A stretch of DNA of 64,000 bases from Elephas maximus. Taxonomy: Eukaryota. The position numbers were made by a program, and so were the translations under genes. The DNA lies in the NCBI RefSeq assembly GCF_024166365.1, contig NC_064841.1:46567680-46631679 (forward strand), written 5' to 3'. A model generated the notes under the pieces. It saw nothing but the letters and a program-made list of their open reading frames with translations, was not told where the DNA came from and ran no database searches. Positions 59,420 to 64,000 of the stretch are shown here, piece by piece; the stretch's first letter is position 1; each line of letters starts with the position of its first letter.

Positions 59420-60800
59420 GGGAAATGCTTTCAGGCTCTCTCCATTTAGAGTGATGTTGGCTTTGTACAGATGCCCTTTATTATGTTGAGGAATTTTCCT
59501 TCAATTCCTATTTTGCTGAGAGTTTTTATCAAAAATGGGTGTTGGACTTTGTCAAATGCCTTTTCTGTATCAATTGATAAGATCATGTGTTTTTTGTCTT
59601 TTGTTTTATTTATATGATGGATTACATTAATGGTTTTTCTAATATTATACCAGCCTTGCATGCCTGGTATAAATCCCACTTGGTTGTGGTGGATTATTTT
59701 TTTGATATGTTGTTGAATTCTGTTGGCTAGAATTTTGTTGAGGATTTTTGCATCTATGTTCATGAGGGATATATATGTTCATGAGGGATATAGGTTTGTG
59801 ATTTTCTTCTTTTTTGATGTCTTTACCTGGTTTTGGTGTCAGGGATATGGTGGCTTCATAGAATGAGTTAGGTAGTATTCCCTCATTTTCTATGCTTTGG
59901 AATACCTTTAGTAGTAGTGGTGTTAACTCTTCTCTGAAAGTTCAGTAGAACTCTGCAGTAAAGCCATCTGGGCCAGGGCTTTTTTTTTGTTGGAAGTTTT
60001 TTGATTACCTTTTCAATCTCTTTTTTTGTTATGGGTCTGTTTAGTTGTTCTACTTCTGATTGTGTTAGGTAGGTAGGTAGTGTTTTTCTAGGAATTCATC
60101 CATTTCTTCTAGGTGTGCAAATTTGTTAGAGTACAATTTTTTGTAATAATCTGAAATGATTCTTTTAATTTCAGTTGGGTCTGTTGTGATGTGGCCCATC
60201 TTGTTTCTTATTTGGGTTATTTGTTTCCTTTCCTGTATTTCTTTAGTCAGTCTGGCCAGTGGTTTATCAATGTTGTTAATTTTTTCAAAGAACCAGCTTT
60301 TGGCTTTGTTAATTCTTTCAATTGTTTTTCTGTTCTCTAATTCATTTAGTTCAGCTCTAATTTTTATTATTTGTTTTCTTCTGGTGCCTGATGGATTCTT
60401 TTGTTGCTCAGTTTCTATTTGTTCAAGCTGTAGGGACAGTTTTCTGATTTTGGCTTTTTCTTCTTTATGTATGTGTGCATTCGTTGATATAAATTGACCT
60501 CTGAGCACTGCTTTTGCTGTGTCCCAGAGGTTTTGATAGGAAGTATTTTCATTCTCGTTGCATTCTATGAATTTCTTTATTCCCTCCTTAATGTCTTCTA
60601 TAACCCAGTCTTTTTTCAGCAGGGTATTGTTCAGTTTCCAAGTATTTGATTTCTTTTCCCTAATTTTTCTGTTATTGATTTCCACTTTTATGGCCTTATG
60701 GTCTGAGAAGATGCTTTGTAATATTTTGATGTTTTGGATTCTGCAAAGGTTTGTTTTATGACCTAATATGTGGTCTATTCTAGAGAATGTTCCATGTGTG

Positions 60801-61388
60801 CTAGAAAAAAAAAGTGTACTTCGCAGCTGTTGAGTGAAGTGTTCCGTATAAGTCTATGAGGTCAAGTTGGTTGATTGTAGCAATTAGGTCTTCAGTGTCT
60901 CTATTGAGCTTCTTACTGGAAGTCCTGTCCTTCTCCGAAAGTGGTGTGTTGAAGTCTCCCACTATAATTGTGGAGGTGTCTATCTCACTTTTCAGTTTTG
61001 TTAAAGTTTGTTTTATGTATCTTGCAGCCCTGTCATTGGGTGCATAAATATTTAATATGGTTATATCTTCCTGGTCTATTGTCCCTTTAGTCATTATGTA
61101 GTGTCCTTCTTTATCCTTTGTGGTGGATTTAAGTCTGAAGTCTATTTTGTCAGAAATTAATATTGCTACTCCTCTTCTTTTTTGCTTATTGTTTGCTTGA
61201 TATATTTTTTTCCATCCTTTGAGTTTTAGTTTGTTTGTGTCTCTAAGTCTAAGGTGTGTCTCTTGTAGGCAGCATATAGACGGATCGTGTTTCTTTATCC
61301 AGTCCGAGACTCTATGTCTCTTTATTGGTGCATTTAGTCCATTTACATTCAGCGTAATTATAGATAAATAAGTGTTTAGTGTTGTCAT
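60801..61388 (-). CDS. L1-I ORF2 N-terminal piece: endonuclease domain (195 aa)
   Basis: MTTLNTYLSIITLNVNGLNAPIKRHRVSDWIKKHDPSICCLQETHLRLRD…ILNIYAPNDRAARYIKQTL…IIVGDFNTPLSEKDRTS. Confidence 0.8.
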   Translation of the reverse strand: MTTLNTYLSIITLNVNGLNAPIKRHRVSDWIKKHDPSICCLQETHLRLRDTNKLKLKGWKKIYQANNKQKRRGVAILISDKIDFRLKSTTKDKEGHYIMTKGTIDQEDITILNIYAPNDRAARYIKQTLTKLKSEIDTSTIIVGDFNTPLSEKDRTSSKKLNRDTEDLIATINQLDLIDLYGTLHSTAAKYTFFF

Positions 61389-61839
61389 TTTGATACCTTT
61401 TTATGTGTGTTGTTGACAATTTCATTTTTCCACTTTTTTGTGCTGAGACGTTTTTCTTAGTAAATTGTGAGATCCTTATTTTCGTAGTGTTGGACTTTAT
61501 GTTGAGTCGTTACGTTTTCCTTGGTTTTCATTAAGAGTTATGGAGTTGTTATACCTCTTTGTGGTTACCTTAATATTTACCCCTATTTTTCTAAGTAAAA
61601 ACCTAACTGGTTTGGTCCTATATCACCTTGTTTCCCTCTCCATATGGCAGTTCAGTGCCTCCTGTATTTAGTCCCTCTTTTTGATTATTGTGATCTTTTA
61701 CATATTGACTTCAGTGATTCCCTGTTTTGAGCGTTTTTTTCTGTTTGAAATTAATCTTAATTTGTTTTTGTGATTTCCCTATTTGAGTTGATATCAGGAT
61801 GTTCTGTTCTGTGACCTTGTGTTGTGCTGGTATCTAATA

Positions 61840-62819
61840 TTACTGGTTTTCTGACCAAACAATTTCTTTTAGTATTTCTTGTAGCTTTGGTTTGGTTTTT
61901 GCAAATTCTCTAAGCGTGTGTTTATCTGTAAATGTTTTAATTTCGCTTTCATATCTGAGAGAGAGTTTTGCTGGATATATGATCCTTGGCTGGCAGTTTT
62001 TCTCCTTCAGTGCTCTATATATGTCATCCCATTGCCTTCTTGACTGCATGATTTCTGCTGAGTAGTCTGAACTTATTCTTATTGATTCTCCTTTGTAGGA
62101 GACCTTTCTTTTATCCCTGGCTGCTTTTAAAATTTTCTCTTTATCTTTGGTTTTGGCAAGTTTGATGATAATATGTCTTGGTGATTTTCTTTTTGCGTCA
62201 GTCTTATATGGGGTTCGATGAGCATCTTGGATAGATATCCTTTCGTGTTTCATGATGTCAGGAAAGTTTTCTGCCAACAGATCTTCAACTATTCTCTCTG
62301 TGTTTTCTGTTATCCCTCCCTGTTCTGGGACTCCAGTCACACGCAAGGTATTCTTCTTGATGGAGTCGCACATGATTCTTAGGGTTTCTTCAATTTTTTA
62401 AATTCTTTTATCTGTTTTTTTTTTCCAGCTATATTGGTGTCAGTTGCCTTGTCCTCCAGATCCACCACCCTGCATTCAAGTTGCTTGAGTCTGCTTCTCT
62501 GACTTCGTATTGAGTTGTCTAATTCTGTAATTTTACTGTTAATGTTTTGAATTTCTGAATGCTGTCTCTCTGTGGATTCTTGCAGCTTATTATTTTTTCC
62601 ACTATGTTCCTGAATAATCTTTTTGATTTCTTCAACTGCTTTATCAGTGTGTTCCTTGGCTTTTTCTGTAGATTGCCTTATTTCATTTCTGAGGTCATTC
62701 CTGATGTCTTGAAGCATTCTGTATATTAGTTTTTTTATATTCTGCATCTGGCAATTCCAGGATTGTATCTTCATTTGGGAAAGATTTTGATTCTTTAGTT
62801 TGGGGAGTTGTAGAAGCAA
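61840..62819 (-). pseudogene. L1-I ORF1 (two longest pieces, 146 and 177 aa). Broken by one TAA at 62379-62381 and a 1-nt frameshift at ~62373.
   Basis: …NSIRSQRSRLKQLECRVVDLEDKATD…KKP* / MCDSIKKNTLRVTGVPEQGGITENTERIVEDLLAENFPDIMKHERISIQDAHRTPYK…RKSPRHIIIKLAKTKDKEKILKAAR…CQPRIIYPAKLSLRYESEIKTFTDKHTLREFAKTKPKLQEILK. Confidence 0.85.
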
Positions 62820-64000
62820 TCATGGTCTGCTTCTGTATGTGGTTTGATGTCGACTGCTGTCTCCGAGCCATCTCTAAGATATTGTAGTGATTTATTTTGT
62901 ATTTGCTCACTGAGTCTTATCTTGTTTTGTTTTCTTTCAGTCTACGTAGATGGGCTACTAGATTGCGCTGTCTTGATTGTTGCAGCCCTTGTATCACTTA
63001 TGTGCTATTACCAGCTGGTTTGGGCTGTTACCAGATATATATGCCTAAGAGTCCATTCACTATTCTTGAGTAGAATCTGATTTTGGGTCATCAAGTGTGT
63101 GGTGCAGACTGTCACCTATCCACCTAGAGAAGTAGTGGTGATAGTTGTGTGCACCAGATTCTAGTAGCAGCAGGGGTTCACACTCCACGAGGGGGCAGGA
63201 TGCTGACAGGCTTCCCTCAAGTGCCAGTGAGGTAGGAGTGTCTCTATTCCTAAAGCACTTTGGTGGGTGGGCTCTGCAGGTGTACCTTAGGCCCCCAATG
63301 CAAGTACCTCTACAGATTGGTAGGTGTCACCCTCCTTAGACCCCTAAGGCAGGAGGCTAGGTGTCTGGGGGGAGCTTCAGCCCTCAGTTCCTTGTTGTGG
63401 GTCAGTGAGGGCTGTGTTGAATAGGCAGAGATACCAGACCTGGAAAACTTGTCTTTCCAGTAATCCGCTAAATCAATTACAGTCAGATCCCTCTCAGAAT
63501 CGCCTTTGCATTATAATCCTATCTTGTTCCCTGTAGGGATAAAAGCCCAAGACTGTGGATCACATATGTTTGGGTGGAGCTGGTTCTGTATTTTTAGTCC
63601 AATTAGGGAAGGATTTTTGGTCCCTGGGTTTTTTGTACCTGCTTCTCTCAGGGCAGGAGAATGGGTTAGGAAAAGACGAAAAAGAAAAACCGCAGCACAC
63701 TTCACTCTCTGGCTCAGGAAATTCCAATGTTAATGAAGCCGCCTGGGAAGGGGAGGGGGGGTTCAGATAAATAGGAGAGAGTAGCACCCCGGAATATGGA
63801 CAAAGTTACTTATCTTGTTTGGTGATGACTGTTTTATCTGAGATTCCCGGGGGGCATGTAGCATGTGTGCGTTGGCTGGGTTGAGATTGCCTCCGAGGGT
63901 CAAGCCAGCGTCCTGTGTTTGTGCTGTCTCAGAAGCTGTGGTCAGTTCCTCCGCTCCCACTCCAGAGCCCAGCGCCAAGGTTCCCTGGCTGGGACGTTGC

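Larger units (their letters stand above)
56555..64000 (-). mobile_element. Near-full-length young L1 (L1-I, minus strand): 3'UTR 56555-~57550, ORF2 ~57560-61388, spacer, ORF1 61840-62871, 5'UTR 62872 to beyond the window end
   Basis: The 3'UTR is about 95% identical to L1-c, L1-f and the fragment at 1-360. ORF2 is split into at least 8 pieces. ORF1 is in 3 pieces (one stop plus two frameshifts). The element runs off the window end about 150 bp short of the expected 5' terminus. Confidence 0.85.

Noticed and set aside
1-64000. Prokaryotic-style features: operons, CRISPR arrays, toxin-antitoxin or defence islands, rRNA genes
   Set aside because: The sequence is mammalian (afrotherian) interspersed-repeat DNA, AT-rich and CpG-depleted. 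The only direct-repeat arrays are microsatellites, minisatellites and TE tails. Nothing is CRISPR-like, and there is no Shine-Dalgarno-spaced gene order.

Overview
This window is not prokaryotic. It is a repeat-dense stretch of an afrotherian mammal genome, plausibly elephant. The evidence is numerous AfroSINEs (tRNA-derived SINEs specific to Afrotheria) together with L1 and RTE/BovB-type LINEs. Roughly three quarters of the window is recognisable transposable-element sequence.

Layout along the window:
- 1-25.6 kb is an uninterrupted stack of at least eight plus-strand L1 elements. They are nested like Russian dolls, and several of them have clean target-site duplications (TSDs).
- 27-32 kb is mostly unique sequence with two AfroSINEs, a 210-bp L1 tail with a perfect 17-bp TSD, a (TG)n(TA)n microsatellite and two small tandem repeats.
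- 32.2-36.8 kb holds an old L1 3'UTR fragment, then an RTE (BovB-like) locus whose 5' half is inverted relative to its 3' half (a twin-priming-like structure) and which has an extra tandem 3' end, then two tandem AfroSINEs.
- 37.2-37.8 kb is a GC-rich, CpG-island-like block.
- 37.8-39.3 kb and 47.1-47.7 kb are two diverged copies of an unclassified LTR-like repeat.
- 42.9-46.8 kb is an ancient L1 ORF2 carrying three AfroSINE insertions.
- 51.9-52.6 kb is a clear CpG island. It contains two inverted ACTACAnnTCCCAG (ZNF143/SBS-type) motifs, a CRE-like TGACGTCC site, and a possible 17-codon first coding exon ending at a GT donor.
- 53.2-56.1 kb is an old minus-strand L1 carrying two AfroSINEs and an RTE fragment.
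- 56.6-64.0 kb is a nearly full-length young minus-strand L1 that runs off the window end.

Every L1 and RTE ORF here is interrupted by stops or frameshifts. I find no rRNA or tRNA genes, no CRISPR array and no operon-like structure. I do not see an undescribed biological system in the prokaryotic sense. The only candidate host-gene feature is the CpG-island promoter with a candidate exon 1 near 52.3 kb. The most interesting structural observations are the nested L1 insertions with TSDs, the inverted RTE, and the paired ZNF143-like motifs.
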